Shown: in pieces, positions 29,838-40,322 of the stretch
How positions within the stretch are numbered: position 1 is the first letter of the stretch
Layout of the letters: each line of letters begins with the position of its first letter
Source: Chloroflexia bacterium
Lineage (GTDB): Bacteria > Chloroflexota > Chloroflexia > Chloroheliales > Chloroheliaceae
DNA length: 64,000 nt
Direction: 5' to 3'
Assembly: GCA_038207495.1 (NCBI GenBank)
Contig: JBBQZS010000012.1
Span: 41,699-105,698, forward strand
Program-made: the position numbers and the translations under genes
The notes under the pieces: model-generated
What the model was told of the DNA's origin: nothing
What the model saw: the letters and a program-made list of their open reading frames with translations, nothing else
The model's database searches: none

Positions 29838-31550
29838 TTAGGCGGCAAGTTTGAAGATATTGGCGGAACGCTCCAGATCATGGGCCGAGGAGCTAAGTTG
29901 TTGGGTAGCGATTTCCCCTTGCCGGATACTACCGAGGTTTTGGGCGGTCACGGCCTCAATCGAAAGCATCGTTTGCAAAACTTGCTGGCTGGCGGCCTGT
30001 TGCTGCTGAGTGGAGACTCCGATGCCGGAGGCTAATAAGGTAACCTGATCAATTTGCACAACAATGGCGCGGGCGGCGGTTTTAACCTGCTCACTTAATT
30101 GGCTAATGGTCAGTAAAGTATTATCGGACTGATTGGCCTCGGTAGTGGCCTTCTCGGCCTGCCGCACCCCTTCGATGGCACTCTGGTTGGAGCGTTCCAC
30201 CGCCTCTGCGATACCCTCAAGCGATTTACGCACCTCGTTGGTGGCGTTCACCGAGTTATTAGCCAGTCGTTTGACCTCCCCGGCGATAACCGCGAATCTA
30301 TCGCCAAACTGACCTGCTCCGGCGGCTTCGATGGCGGCGTTCAGGGCCAAAAGGTGGGTTTCGCGGGCAATATTATCAATTATGCCGATAACCTTTTGAA
30401 TTACCTCGGATTGTTGCTTTAGCTCTTGTTGTCGCTCCTCAATTGCCCCAACCTGTTCTTTCAGTTTGTGAAGGGTTTGGATGGTTTGGGCCACATTCGC
30501 CCGCCCAAGCTCCTGGGATTGGGCCATCTCTTCCGAAACCTGACTAACCAGTTGGGCTTGCCGAAGAGCTGTTTCGCTGGCGGAGGTGGTTTCCTGAGCC
30601 TGGCTGGCAATATGGTTGGCCGCCTCGCCCAGTTCCCCCAGGGAATGGGTAATTTCAGTAATGGCCCCGGCTTGCTGGTTGCTGCCCGTCACCTGGTTTT
30701 TGGCTTGCAAGCTCAGTTCGTAAGTGGCGGATGAAACCTGTTGGCTCTGGGTATGAAGCTGTTCAACCAGCATTCGGAGGGCTTGCAGGGCGACATTGTA
30801 GGTTTGGCCCAGTTCACCAAGTTCATCTTTGCCAAGATATTTCACCTCCTGAGTCAGGTCGCCTTGTGCCAGGGCGGTCATAGACTTGCGAATCCTGACC
30901 AAACGGCTGTTAATAGAGTTCGCTATCACAAAAACACTGAGCAAGGTAAATGCGATTAGAAACAAGGAAACAGCACCCAACGCCACCAGCACGGTGGTGA
31001 AGGTTTGGCTGGCAATTGCATGGGGCTCATCCCGGTTAAGCTCGATAACTTTTTGTAGACTATCTCTCAGGTCATCAAATTCTTCCTGACTCTCCAGAGC
31101 AATAGCCTCTTTTTTGGTTTCAAGGGTATTTGCCTCGATTAATTTTAGTGCATTGTCAATCTTAACCTGCCACGCCTCGAAACCACTCTTCATAGATTTA
31201 ACTACCTCGATTTCGTCGGCGGAGTGGGCGGAGGAGTTGAGGTAAGCTTTCACGTTCTTCTGGACAATTTGAATGCTTGCTTTGGATTTGTTTAGATACT
31301 TTTCAATCGCGGCTGGTTCAGTTTGAAGGAGGGCTAAATGTAAGCTGGATTCATTGGCCTCTATTTCAGTAATCGTCTCACCAATGCTGATAAGTTCGGG
31401 AATCTGATCGTTACTCAGGTCGTCCACCACCTCCCGGATTCGAGAGGTTCCCCACACACCAACGACCCCGAGACTCAGGAGAAAAAACAAGATGATGACG
31501 GATAATAAGAGGAATTTTTTGTAAATTCTGAGATTGTTTAACCAGGTCAT
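29838..31550 (-). CDS. methyl-accepting chemotaxis protein (TM - 4-helix sensor - TM - HAMP - signalling domain)
   Basis: KDELGEL HAMP; [32 protein letters not shown]. Confidence 0.92.
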   Translation of the reverse strand: MTWLNNLRIYKKFLLLSVIILFFLLSLGVVGVWGTSRIREVVDDLSNDQIPELISIGETITEIEANESSLHLALLQTEPAAIEKYLNKSKASIQIVQKNVKAYLNSSAHSADEIEVVKSMKSGFEAWQVKIDNALKLIEANTLETKKEAIALESQEEFDDLRDSLQKVIELNRDEPHAIASQTFTTVLVALGAVSLFLIAFTLLSVFVIANSINSRLVRIRKSMTALAQGDLTQEVKYLGKDELGELGQTYNVALQALRMLVEQLHTQSQQVSSATYELSLQAKNQVTGSNQQAGAITEITHSLGELGEAANHIASQAQETTSASETALRQAQLVSQVSEEMAQSQELGRANVAQTIQTLHKLKEQVGAIEERQQELKQQSEVIQKVIGIIDNIARETHLLALNAAIEAAGAGQFGDRFAVIAGEVKRLANNSVNATNEVRKSLEGIAEAVERSNQSAIEGVRQAEKATTEANQSDNTLLTISQLSEQVKTAARAIVVQIDQVTLLASGIGVSTQQQQAASQQVLQTMLSIEAVTAQNLGSIRQGEIATQQLSSSAHDLERSANIFKLAA

Positions 31551-32047
31551 GGGTGCATCCTTTCTGGGTCATTGCTACTACGCGGTTTTAAATGCTGGAT
31601 TGGGACAGGTTGACCGTAGAATTTAAAATACTACCATAATATTAAACCATATAAGAGCTGAAGAAACAATTATCTTTAACTCTCCAATACTATTAAACTT
31701 TAATAATTAAACTTATTTAATACATTTTGATGTAAGATATTCGGATTCCCTATCCCCAGTTTGTGCTCCTACGAATTTCCCTGAAATATTATAGATTTGA
31801 AGAAAAGATGTGTAATTTTATATATTGCCCGGTTGGTTGGCCTGGATTCATGCATCTAGGTTGGCGAAACTGGCTATTTTTAACTTATTTTATTGTTCCC
31901 TGGCAAATGTGTAATTTTATAGATGTATTAATAATCAAATTGGGTTAAATATTAAGGGCTATACAGGTAGCGTCAGGGGGTACGAGGCTATGCCACCTTG
32001 TCCCCTATTATTTTTTAAAAAAGTTATGAATAGGGGTTACAATTATT

Positions 32048-32656
32048 ATGAAAAGTTCCAGATTAAGTTCAAATGCTAATGTTTTGCGCCGGGGGTTGGT
32101 TGGCTGGCTGTTAATGCTGGTGGTGCTGGCGGCCTGTGGCGACCCGACCACCGGGCCTGTTCCCAAAACGCCTTTGGAGGGGTTGGCCGCTATCAGTGGG
32201 GTTAAAATGGTGGAGTTTGATCAGGCTTTATTTGCCGATGTCCTGAAGCAGTTTTCCAATACCACGATTAATATTTACGTTTCGGACGACGATTATACCA
32301 AATTGTTCCCAAAAGCTGAGGAGGCGGTTACGGCTACTGGTTACCAAAAGCTGGATTCGCCTACGGTCAGTAAATTAATCACAGGTGATACACTGGGTGG
32401 GATTTATGCCAGGGGTAGCACGGCAGATGTATTAATGGCGGTGGTGGCGGTACCCAGCGACTCGGCGGGGTTAGCCAAATCGCTGAACCTACCGGGCGCG
32501 ACCGAGGCCCAGATTGCTAATCTGGCGCGTCAAATTAAGGGTAAGAAGTCGGCGATTGTGGTTTATTCCACGCCTGGGATTTTTAGTGCCCAGTTTAAGG
32601 GGCAAACGCTACTCCCACCACCAAACCGTAGGGGAAATCTAAAATCGAAGCCCTAA
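32048..32656 (+). CDS. lipoprotein of unknown function
   Basis: VLAAC lipobox. Confidence 0.65.
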   Translation: MKSSRLSSNANVLRRGLVGWLLMLVVLAACGDPTTGPVPKTPLEGLAAISGVKMVEFDQALFADVLKQFSNTTINIYVSDDDYTKLFPKAEEAVTATGYQKLDSPTVSKLITGDTLGGIYARGSTADVLMAVVAVPSDSAGLAKSLNLPGATEAQIANLARQIKGKKSAIVVYSTPGIFSAQFKGQTLLPPPNRRGNLKSKP

Positions 32657-32744
32657 ATCCAAAAATAGGGCATTTGTAGGGGCAAGCTCCATACTGCGAT
32701 TATGGGTTGGCGGAGCAGCTTCCTACGAATTTCACCGATAACCT

Positions 32745-32948
32745 TTAATGATGGGTTTCGCGGCGTAAAGTAGTTATCAGGGTAAGGAGCAGACCTAGAA
32801 TAAGAATGTAGCCACCTGCTCCTTTTAATCCGCTAAAGGTTTCGACATTTTCCAGCAAGGCTACTACCACCACCGTAATCGCTACCCCGATTAGAATTAT
32901 CCAATCGCCCACAAAAAAGTTAAAAATCCCTTTAAGCAAACCTATCAT
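32745..32948 (-). CDS. small two-TM membrane protein
   Basis: Hydrophobic 67-aa ORF immediately downstream of, and co-oriented with, the COG4280-like gene. Confidence 0.55.
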   Translation of the reverse strand: MIGLLKGIFNFFVGDWIILIGVAITVVVVALLENVETFSGLKGAGGYILILGLLLTLITTLRRETHH

Positions 32949-32996
32949 TTAAATCTTTATCCTGTCCATCCTTGTTAATTTTCTTCCGACCACCGC

Positions 32997-33770
32997 CTAA
33001 ACCACTGGGGCCTTGGTAGGCTTGCGGGCGTAGGAGCGCAGCCATGTCACCAGCACGAAACTTAACAGCAGATATAGCCCGACCAATACTAACAAAAACA
33101 AATCCTCTCCAGGCCATTCCAGTCCTAGCCCCTCACCACCCCAGAAAGTGCCAAAGCTGGTGAGCATAACCCCCACCACAAACTTAAGAGTATTTTCTGG
33201 CACACGAGTCAACGGGCCACGAATGATAACCCCGGCTACAATCACCAGCACGGCGGCGGTTGTCGCCCCCAGCGTCGCGGCTAACAGCGCGGAGCCTTTT
33301 TCCTGTTCGCTGCGGGCGGCGGAAGTGCCAAAAGTTACCACAATAAAAGCCACTTCTAACCCCTCCAGTAATACGCTTTTGAAGGCGGTGGCAAAACCAA
33401 ACCCGTCAATTTTATTGGGCAGCGACTCACCCCGTTCCTTCATCTGGCGCAGCCCTTCTTCGTAAATCGCTTCTTCATCATGCATAGCTTTCAGGCCGCT
33501 ATAGCGCAGAATCGCCTTTTTGAGCCATTTCAAGCCAAACATCATCAGAATCAGCCCGACAATTAGCCTTAATGCTTCAATCGGGATAACCGTGACCAGC
33601 GTAACCCCGAAAATTGCAATCAAGGCTGCCAGAGCCGCCGTCGCCGCTACAGTGCCAGCCAGAGCCGATTTCCAGTTGATAGTTACTCCGACCACTAGCA
33701 CAATCGTTAGGGCTTCTACGAATTCAACAATTGAGGCCAGGAAAGCCGAAAGAACCGAAGACCAAATCAC
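32997..33770 (-). CDS. COG4280-like uncharacterised membrane protein
   Basis: LASIVEFVEALTIV...WLKKAILRYSGLKAMHDE...LLEGLEVAFIVVTFG...VPENTLKF.VG. Confidence 0.7.
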   Translation of the reverse strand: MIWSSVLSAFLASIVEFVEALTIVLVVGVTINWKSALAGTVAATAALAALIAIFGVTLVTVIPIEALRLIVGLILMMFGLKWLKKAILRYSGLKAMHDEEAIYEEGLRQMKERGESLPNKIDGFGFATAFKSVLLEGLEVAFIVVTFGTSAARSEQEKGSALLAATLGATTAAVLVIVAGVIIRGPLTRVPENTLKFVVGVMLTSFGTFWGGEGLGLEWPGEDLFLLVLVGLYLLLSFVLVTWLRSYARKPTKAPVV

Positions 33771-33910
33771 AATATATGTCCTTTCCAGTTTTTTGAGCAG
33801 TAGCGGTACTGATTATACTATGTCTGATGCACGTTCGCCGCAAGGAAGTGGTAAAATTAAAGCAAGCGATAAGATGAGAGTAAAATCACGACCATTTAAA
33901 GTGTAGAGCT

Positions 33911-34741
33911 ATGAAACAACCTGAGTTAAAGCTAGGGCTAATTGGATTTGGCACCATCGGCAAAGGTTTGGCACGGGCTATTGCGGGGGGAGTTGCCGGA
34001 CGCACCCAACTAAGCACCGTTTTGGTAAAACCTTCTAACCTTGAAACTGCCGTAATATGCCTGGATGAGCTTGGCCTGAAAACCCAAATAACTACCGACC
34101 CGGAGGAATTTTTTGCCATAGAAACCGACCTGATTGTGGAAGCCGCCGGACAGCAGGTGGTGCGGGAATACGCTGCCAGAGCCTTGCAGAGCGGACGCGA
34201 TTTGCTGGTATGTGCTAGTGGCGCGTTTACCGATGATGTTTTGTATGGGCAACTGGTAGAGTTGGCGGAGCAACATGGTGGCAGATTGCTAATGCCTTCT
34301 GGGGCGTTGGCGGGAATAGATGCCCTGTCTGGTATGGCTCTGGCGGGAGTCGAGGAAGTTACAATTACCACCCGCAAGCCGCCCCACGCCTGGTTTGGCA
34401 CTCCCGCCGAAAAACTGGTAGATTTGTCCAGTATCACCCAGCCTATTTGTTTATTTGAAGGTTCGGCGCGGGAAGCGGCTAATCTCTTTCCTCAGAATGT
34501 GAATGTTGCTGCAACCCTGGCCTGGGCGGGCATTGGTCTAGACCGCACTATCTCCCGCGTTTTTGCTGACCCCAGCGTTAGCCGTAATGTTCACCAGATT
34601 ACCTTGCGGGGAGTTTGTGGCGAAATTTCGATTGAGGTTTGCGGCAAACCCTCCCCCGATAATCCGCGCACCTCGGCCCTGACCGCCTACAGTGTTATCA
34701 AAACCATCCGCAACCTGACCGCCAGTGTGGTTATTGGTTGA
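33911..34741 (+). CDS. nadX: L-aspartate dehydrogenase
   Basis: GLIGFGTIG, EAAG, PSGALAGID, FPQNVNVAA, NP.TS.LTA.S. Confidence 0.88.
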   Translation: MKQPELKLGLIGFGTIGKGLARAIAGGVAGRTQLSTVLVKPSNLETAVICLDELGLKTQITTDPEEFFAIETDLIVEAAGQQVVREYAARALQSGRDLLVCASGAFTDDVLYGQLVELAEQHGGRLLMPSGALAGIDALSGMALAGVEEVTITTRKPPHAWFGTPAEKLVDLSSITQPICLFEGSAREAANLFPQNVNVAATLAWAGIGLDRTISRVFADPSVSRNVHQITLRGVCGEISIEVCGKPSPDNPRTSALTAYSVIKTIRNLTASVVIG

Positions 34742-34854
34742 AAGTAATCGGTAATCAGTAATCAGCATTTTTGTGTTAAAATTGGGATACATTAATTATT
34801 ACAACTTATTAAAATGTTTTGAAGTACATTTATTAAGAAAGGTATGACTAATAT

Positions 34855-35739
34855 ATGAGCGCGACTAAATTAACTTTGATGGCGGTTCACGCCCACCCCG
34901 ATGACGAGGCTACCAGTGGCGGCGGGGCTTTGATGCGGTATCAGGCCGAAGGGGTGCAGACCGTGCTGGTGACTTGCACCAACGGCGAGGAAGGCGAAAT
35001 CCACGACCCCGCTTTGGTAGAAGAAGAAGCCCGTCCCCGCCTGGGTGAGATTCGGCAGGAGGAATTGCGCCGTGCTACCGAAATCATGAAAATCTCGGTG
35101 GTGGAGTTGCTGCACTATCGGGATAGCGGGATGGTTGGCACGCCACCCAACGAAAACCCCGAATCTTTCCACAAAGCCGATATGCGCGAGGCTACCGGGA
35201 AGCTAATCAAACTGGTGCGGAAGTATCAGCCGCAGGTGATGTTCACCTATAACTCTTTTGGGGGCTACGGTCATCCCGACCATATCAAGGCCCACAAAAT
35301 CAGCATCGCCGCTTTTGACGATGCCGCCAATACCCGCAAATATCCCGAAGAAGAATTTGGCCCGGCCTGGCAGCCTAGCAAACTTTACACTTCGGCTTTT
35401 GGTCGTAGCAGTTGGCTAAGGGTTTGGGAAATGTTGATGGAGCAGGGGCGGCCCTGGCCTTTCCAGCGTGAGGGTATGCCTACCATTGACCAGAATAATC
35501 CGCCTGAGTTTGGCTCGCCCGACAACGAAATTACCACCCGGATTGACGTTTCGGATTATTTCAAGGATTTGCGGCGGGCTTTGTTTGAGCATCGCACCCA
35601 GATTGACCCCAACAACCCCTGGGTCAAGACCCGCGAGGAGTTTTCCAGTATCCTGAACACCATTGATTCGTTTATCTTGTTTAAATCCACCGTCCCCGCC
35701 CAGCGTCCCGAATACGATTTGTTCGCGGGCTTACGGTAG
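34855..35739 (+). CDS. PIG-L/LmbE family deacetylase (MshB/Mca-like)
   Basis: AVHAHPDDE, VTCTNGEEGEI, DSGM.G, GYGHPDHI. Confidence 0.85.
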   Translation: MSATKLTLMAVHAHPDDEATSGGGALMRYQAEGVQTVLVTCTNGEEGEIHDPALVEEEARPRLGEIRQEELRRATEIMKISVVELLHYRDSGMVGTPPNENPESFHKADMREATGKLIKLVRKYQPQVMFTYNSFGGYGHPDHIKAHKISIAAFDDAANTRKYPEEEFGPAWQPSKLYTSAFGRSSWLRVWEMLMEQGRPWPFQREGMPTIDQNNPPEFGSPDNEITTRIDVSDYFKDLRRALFEHRTQIDPNNPWVKTREEFSSILNTIDSFILFKSTVPAQRPEYDLFAGLR

Positions 35740-35995
35740 TCGGTGGTCAGTGGGAGGTTGTCGGAAAATTCGTAGGGGTTGGCCAATGTGTCTCCCCTGG
35801 TTGCCCGGACAACCAGAGTGTAGCCTCCCCTTTAGGGACAAGGGTTGTGCTTACGAATTCGGTTCAATTATTTATAGCCAACTTTCCATTAATTAAAACG
35901 GGACAACCACAAGGATTGTCCCCACATTGGCTGCCGGAGCAGTATTGTCTATCCCCCATCCCTACCAACAACTTACCACCGACAACTTACCACCG

Positions 35996-38245
35996 CTATA
36001 CCGCCGCTTTTTCTATCTCCGGTGCGCTAAAATCTTCGCTATCATCTGGCAGGCTGTCGTTGCTGGTGAGAATACGAATAGCCGGAACCTCGCGAGTTTC
36101 CTCTTCGGGAATCTCGTATTCGACCACATTTCCACAGCTAGTGCACTTGGCGTTGTGCCGCCCCGACATTACCATCATCCCGCTACAAAGCTCGCAAGGG
36201 ACTGGAATTGGCCTATCCCACGAACTGAACTCACAATCGGGATAGCGGGTGCAACCGTAGAAAATCCGCCGTTTCTTGGTATTCTTGATGATTAACTCGC
36301 CTTCGTGGCAGGTGGGGCATTGAATACCCAGCTTTCTATAAATCGGCTTGGTATTGCGACACTCGGGGAAACCAGAACAGGCCGTAAATCGCCCGAACCG
36401 CCCCAGCCGAATAATCATGGGCCGTCCGCATTTTTCGCAATCTTCGCCCGCCAGCTCCGGGGCAATCTGGACTTTCTCCATCTCCGCCTCGGCTTTTACC
36501 ACTGTAATCTCAAAAGGGCTATAGAAAGCGGCCAGGACGGGTTGCCAGGGCTTTTGACCCCCGGCAATTTCGTCCAGATTATCTTCCATCTGACTGGTGA
36601 AATTGGTATCCACGATATTCGGGAAGAACTCCACCAGTAAATCATTAACCAGCACCCCTAGCTCAGTCGGCTGGAATTTTTTGTCTATTTTGGTCACATA
36701 ATAGCGTTCCTGCACCGTCGCCAGGGTGGGAGCGTAGGTGCTGGGTCGCCCAATTCCAAGTTCCTCCAGAGTTTTCACCAACGTCGCCTCGGTGAAGCGG
36801 GGCGGTGGTTGGGTGAAGTGCTGCTCCGGCAAAAGCTGGGTCAGACCAAGTTGGTCGTTGGCTTCCAGGGCGGGCAAGGCTTTTTTCTTCAGTTCATCTT
36901 CGGCAGAATCATCGTCAGTGCCTTCCTGATAAACCGCCAGGAAGCCCGGAAAGCGGATAACCGAGCCAGTAGCCCGAAAAAGATAACGCATGTCGGCTGG
37001 TGCAAGGCTTATATTTTTATCAGCCTTAACGTCTACCGAGGTACTATCAAGCTGGGCGGGGGCCATCTGACTAGCCACAAAGCGTTGCCAGACCAGACGA
37101 TATAACTTGTATTGTTCCAGGGTCAGGAATTCCTTGATGACATCTGGCTCGCGCATAGCACTGGTCGGACGGATAGCTTCGTGGGCTTCCTGGGCGTTTT
37201 TGGACTTCTTGGTATAAACCGGGGGCTGTTCCGGTACGTAAGTCGCCCCAAATTTTTCGGCAATCAGCTTGCGGGCTTCTTCCTGAGCTACTGTCGCCAC
37301 ATTGGTGCTATCGGTACGCATATAGGTAATCAGACCAACGGTGCCCTCTTTACCGATTTCTACGCCCTCGTAGAGCCCCTGGGCGACCCCCATCGTCCGT
37401 TTGCTGGTGAAATTAAGCTTACGGCTGGATTCCTGCTGCATGGTGCTGGTAGTGAAAGGAGCGGCAGGGTTTCGAGTGGTCTGGCGTTGGCGCACCTCTC
37501 CCACCACGTAAACCGCTCCATCCAGCTCTTTCAAAACCGCATTAGCCTCGGCTTCATTGCTCAGCTCGGCCTTTTTACCCTCAATACTGTGCAAACCGGC
37601 CTTGAATTGTTCCAGGCGTTTGGTTTTGGATTTGGTCTGGCGCAAGTCAGCTTCAATTGTCCAGTATTCCTCCGGCACAAAGGCCTCAACCTCCCGTTCG
37701 CGATCAACAATCAGCCGCACCGCCACGCTTTGTACCCGTCCGGCACTCAGGCCGCGCTTAACCTTTTTCCATAATATAGGGCTGATTTTGTAACCCACCA
37801 GGCGGTCTAGAATACGGCGGGCTTGCTGGGCATTAACCAGGTTCATGTCAATATCGCGGGGGTGTTTAATAGCTTCCTTGATGGCCTCTTTGGTAATTTC
37901 GTGGAATACGACCCTACCCACCTTTTTAGTGGTGTTTTCCAGCCCCGTGGCCCCTACCAGATGCCAGGCAATTGCCTCGCCCTCACGGTCAGGGTCAGTT
38001 GCCAGCAAAATTTCATCCGCCGCCTTTACCTCTTTCTTGAGGTCTTTGACTGTGGCACTTTTATCGCGGGGGATTAAATATTGGGGGATAAAATCATGTT
38101 CAGTGTCTACCCCTAGTTTACTTTTGGGCAAATCGCGCACATGCCCGAAACTGGCTTTAACAACATAGCCCTTGCCCAGATATTTGCCGATAGTTTTGGC
38201 TTTGGTGGGGCTTTCTACAATTACCAGTTTTGTTTTTACCGCCAT
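35996..38245 (-). CDS. topA: DNA topoisomerase I with C-terminal zinc ribbons
   Basis: IVESPTKAKTI, ATDPDREGE, SAGRVQS, LITYMRTDS (catalytic Tyr), GIGRPSTYA, CxxC repeats. Confidence 0.97.
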   Translation of the reverse strand: MAVKTKLVIVESPTKAKTIGKYLGKGYVVKASFGHVRDLPKSKLGVDTEHDFIPQYLIPRDKSATVKDLKKEVKAADEILLATDPDREGEAIAWHLVGATGLENTTKKVGRVVFHEITKEAIKEAIKHPRDIDMNLVNAQQARRILDRLVGYKISPILWKKVKRGLSAGRVQSVAVRLIVDREREVEAFVPEEYWTIEADLRQTKSKTKRLEQFKAGLHSIEGKKAELSNEAEANAVLKELDGAVYVVGEVRQRQTTRNPAAPFTTSTMQQESSRKLNFTSKRTMGVAQGLYEGVEIGKEGTVGLITYMRTDSTNVATVAQEEARKLIAEKFGATYVPEQPPVYTKKSKNAQEAHEAIRPTSAMREPDVIKEFLTLEQYKLYRLVWQRFVASQMAPAQLDSTSVDVKADKNISLAPADMRYLFRATGSVIRFPGFLAVYQEGTDDDSAEDELKKKALPALEANDQLGLTQLLPEQHFTQPPPRFTEATLVKTLEELGIGRPSTYAPTLATVQERYYVTKIDKKFQPTELGVLVNDLLVEFFPNIVDTNFTSQMEDNLDEIAGGQKPWQPVLAAFYSPFEITVVKAEAEMEKVQIAPELAGEDCEKCGRPMIIRLGRFGRFTACSGFPECRNTKPIYRKLGIQCPTCHEGELIIKNTKKRRIFYGCTRYPDCEFSSWDRPIPVPCELCSGMMVMSGRHNAKCTSCGNVVEYEIPEEETREVPAIRILTSNDSLPDDSEDFSAPEIEKAAV

Positions 38246-38377
38246 GAATATCTAACCTCTTGTTTCAAAGCTTTTGATTTCTATCCCGGTAATATCGCCT
38301 TTTAGGCAAAAACAGATTTGCTTTTTATTGGGGATAGTAGTTGTGGAATGAATATATATTTCCCTCAATGCTGTGAG

Positions 38378-38407
38378 ACTATAGCGCAATGATAAGAGTT
38401 GTGTCAA
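38378..38407 (-). promoter_or_regulatory. sigma70-like promoter for topA
   Basis: Minus strand TTGACA (38407-38402), 18 bp, TATAGT (38383-38378). Confidence 0.55.
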
Positions 38408-38452
38408 GAGAGCATTTGCAAGCTATCGGTTGGCGGAGCAACCTCCCACCTA

Positions 38453-38513
38453 TTGACAGAAATTTCACAAACTGCTATCATAGTTGTTGTAGACGTTTAG
38501 AATTTTCTGAACG
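38453..38513 (+). promoter_or_regulatory. sigma70 promoter and palindromic operator for the gbsR-like operon
   Basis: TTGACA 38453-38458, 17 bp, (TGc)TATCAT 38476-38481; palindrome CGTTTAGAATTTTCTGAACG at 38494-38513. Confidence 0.7.
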
Positions 38514-38578
38514 ATGTGAACGACTAATCCAGGTTTGCAGAATCCGCCTGCACTAGATTTCAGGAGCTAGGGAAAAGT

Positions 38579-39244
38579 ATGCTAGATAGCCGACTCTATC
38601 AAAGCAAATCCCAGAGTGAAGTTGGCGAAAGCCCCTCCACCGCTAACCAGCTTGACGAACTGGCAAAGGAATTTATTAATAATTTGGGCCGCGTGGCTGA
38701 CTTTTTTGGCTTTAATCGCCTGATGGGGCAGCTTTATGCGGTGCTTTTTCTGAGCCCGGATCCCCTTACCCTGGATGATATGGTGAAACGCCTCGATAGT
38801 AGCAAAGGCAACGTTAGCATCAACATCCGCAACCTGGAACGCTGGGGACTGGTGCGTCAGATTTATAAATGGGCTGATCGCAAGAACTATTACGAAGCCG
38901 AAACCGACATCTGGAAAGCTATTAGCGGAATCCTGCAAGAGCGCGAACGCAAAGAGAATCAGCAAATTTTGCGCTCCCTTTCCCAGAGCATGAAAAAGTT
39001 AGAGGAAGTTGGAGCCGCCGCCAGTGGTGAGGAAGCCGATGTGGCCAATTTCTACCTGAAACGGATGGAAGTCTTGCGCCAACTCCTGCAATTTGGCGAC
39101 CAACTACTGGAAATGATGGTCAGGGGCGGGGCGGTAGATTTTGCCCGCGCTCAACAAATGGCCCATACGGTGGCAAACGCTGACAAATCGCCCCAAGTCG
39201 AAGCCACATTTGAGGTCATAGATGAAGAAGACACCCTAAATTAA
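38579..39244 (+). CDS. GbsR/MarR-family transcriptional regulator
   Basis: FFGFNRLMGQLYAVLFL...LTLDDM...SKGNVS..IRNLERWGLV...RKNYYEAE.D. Confidence 0.85.
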   Translation: MLDSRLYQSKSQSEVGESPSTANQLDELAKEFINNLGRVADFFGFNRLMGQLYAVLFLSPDPLTLDDMVKRLDSSKGNVSINIRNLERWGLVRQIYKWADRKNYYEAETDIWKAISGILQERERKENQQILRSLSQSMKKLEEVGAAASGEEADVANFYLKRMEVLRQLLQFGDQLLEMMVRGGAVDFARAQQMAHTVANADKSPQVEATFEVIDEEDTLN

Positions 39245-39309
39245 GAAACATGAAATTTAAAGAACTTTGATTTACTTACATAAAATAAATTTTAGAAGGA
39301 TATTGGCTT

Positions 39310-40302
39310 ATGAATACCCTGGAAATGCCTAAATCGCAAATCAGCCTTGATGATGAAGTTGAAGAAGTTAGTAAAATGCTGGTGGAAGCAGCTTCGCTAA
39401 ACTATCCACTATTATCCGGAATACTACAAGCGATTATCCAGGCTGGTGGCAAGCGTTTACGCCCCCGAATGGCTTTGCTTTCGGCGGGAGTAGCTGGTCA
39501 TCCCGAAGCGGTTGACCACTTAAAATTAAAACAGGTGGCGGCGGCGGTTGAAATGCTCCATACCGCAACGCTGGTTCACGATGATACGATTGACGAGGCT
39601 TTGCTGCGGCGGGGCTCGGCTACTCTAAATTCGATGTTAAGCGGGGGCACGGTTATTCTGGTGGGCGATTATCTCTTTGCCCAATCTGCTATCCTGATTA
39701 CCCGTCCTGGCAACCCGCGTGTAGTGCAAATTTTTGCCGAGTGTCTGGCGACCATCTGTGACGGCGAGTTGACCCAGATTTTCAGTACCCGCCAGTGGAA
39801 ACAGTCCCGCGAAGAATATTACAAACGAATTTACAGCAAAACTGCCGCTTTATTTGCTACCGCCTGTGAATTAGGGGCAATTATGGGCGGCTCTGATGAA
39901 GAATTAGTTGGGCGGTTACGGCGTTTTGGGCATTTGCTGGGAATGGGTTTCCAAATCGTTGATGATATAATTGATTTCCAGTCCAGCGAGGTAACGGGCA
40001 AGGCTACCGGGGGCGACTTGCGCCAGGGTATCGTTACCCTGCCTACGATGCTTTTCTTTGAAACTGCCGCGCCTCAAGATGCCGACTTTGTGAAAAAAGT
40101 GGTGCAGAACACCTCTGCCAGCGATGCCGATATTGAGAAGGCGGTTGAACTTATTCGCAATAGTGGGGTTTTTGAAGTGGCCTATACCGAGGCCCACGAT
40201 TTTATTCAACGCGCTAAAGATTGTTTGGCTGACGAAGCCGATAACGAGGCCGTGCGCAGCTTGCTCCAGATTGCTGATTACGCTCTGGGTCGTGAAAAAT
40301 AG
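39310..40302 (+). CDS. long-chain trans-polyprenyl diphosphate synthase
   Basis: GGKRLRP, HTATLVHDDTID, RRG, GDYL, KTA, FQIVDDIID; small residues before the FARM suggest a long-chain product. Confidence 0.9.
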   Translation: MNTLEMPKSQISLDDEVEEVSKMLVEAASLNYPLLSGILQAIIQAGGKRLRPRMALLSAGVAGHPEAVDHLKLKQVAAAVEMLHTATLVHDDTIDEALLRRGSATLNSMLSGGTVILVGDYLFAQSAILITRPGNPRVVQIFAECLATICDGELTQIFSTRQWKQSREEYYKRIYSKTAALFATACELGAIMGGSDEELVGRLRRFGHLLGMGFQIVDDIIDFQSSEVTGKATGGDLRQGIVTLPTMLFFETAAPQDADFVKKVVQNTSASDADIEKAVELIRNSGVFEVAYTEAHDFIQRAKDCLADEADNEAVRSLLQIADYALGREK

Positions 40303-40322
40303 AGTTTCTGGAACTTACTAAA

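Noticed and set aside
31551-32047. Long AT-rich intergenic region as an ncRNA or oriC
   Set aside because: No DnaA-box cluster or recognisable RNA structure; consistent with divergent promoters.
37112-37774. 220-aa plus-strand ORF and other long antisense ORFs (e.g. 1698-2165, 3165-3617, 28845-29372, 50898-51455)
   Set aside because: They are shadows of well-supported genes on the opposite strand (topA, gyrB, MCP, SBP) and show no recognisable motifs.
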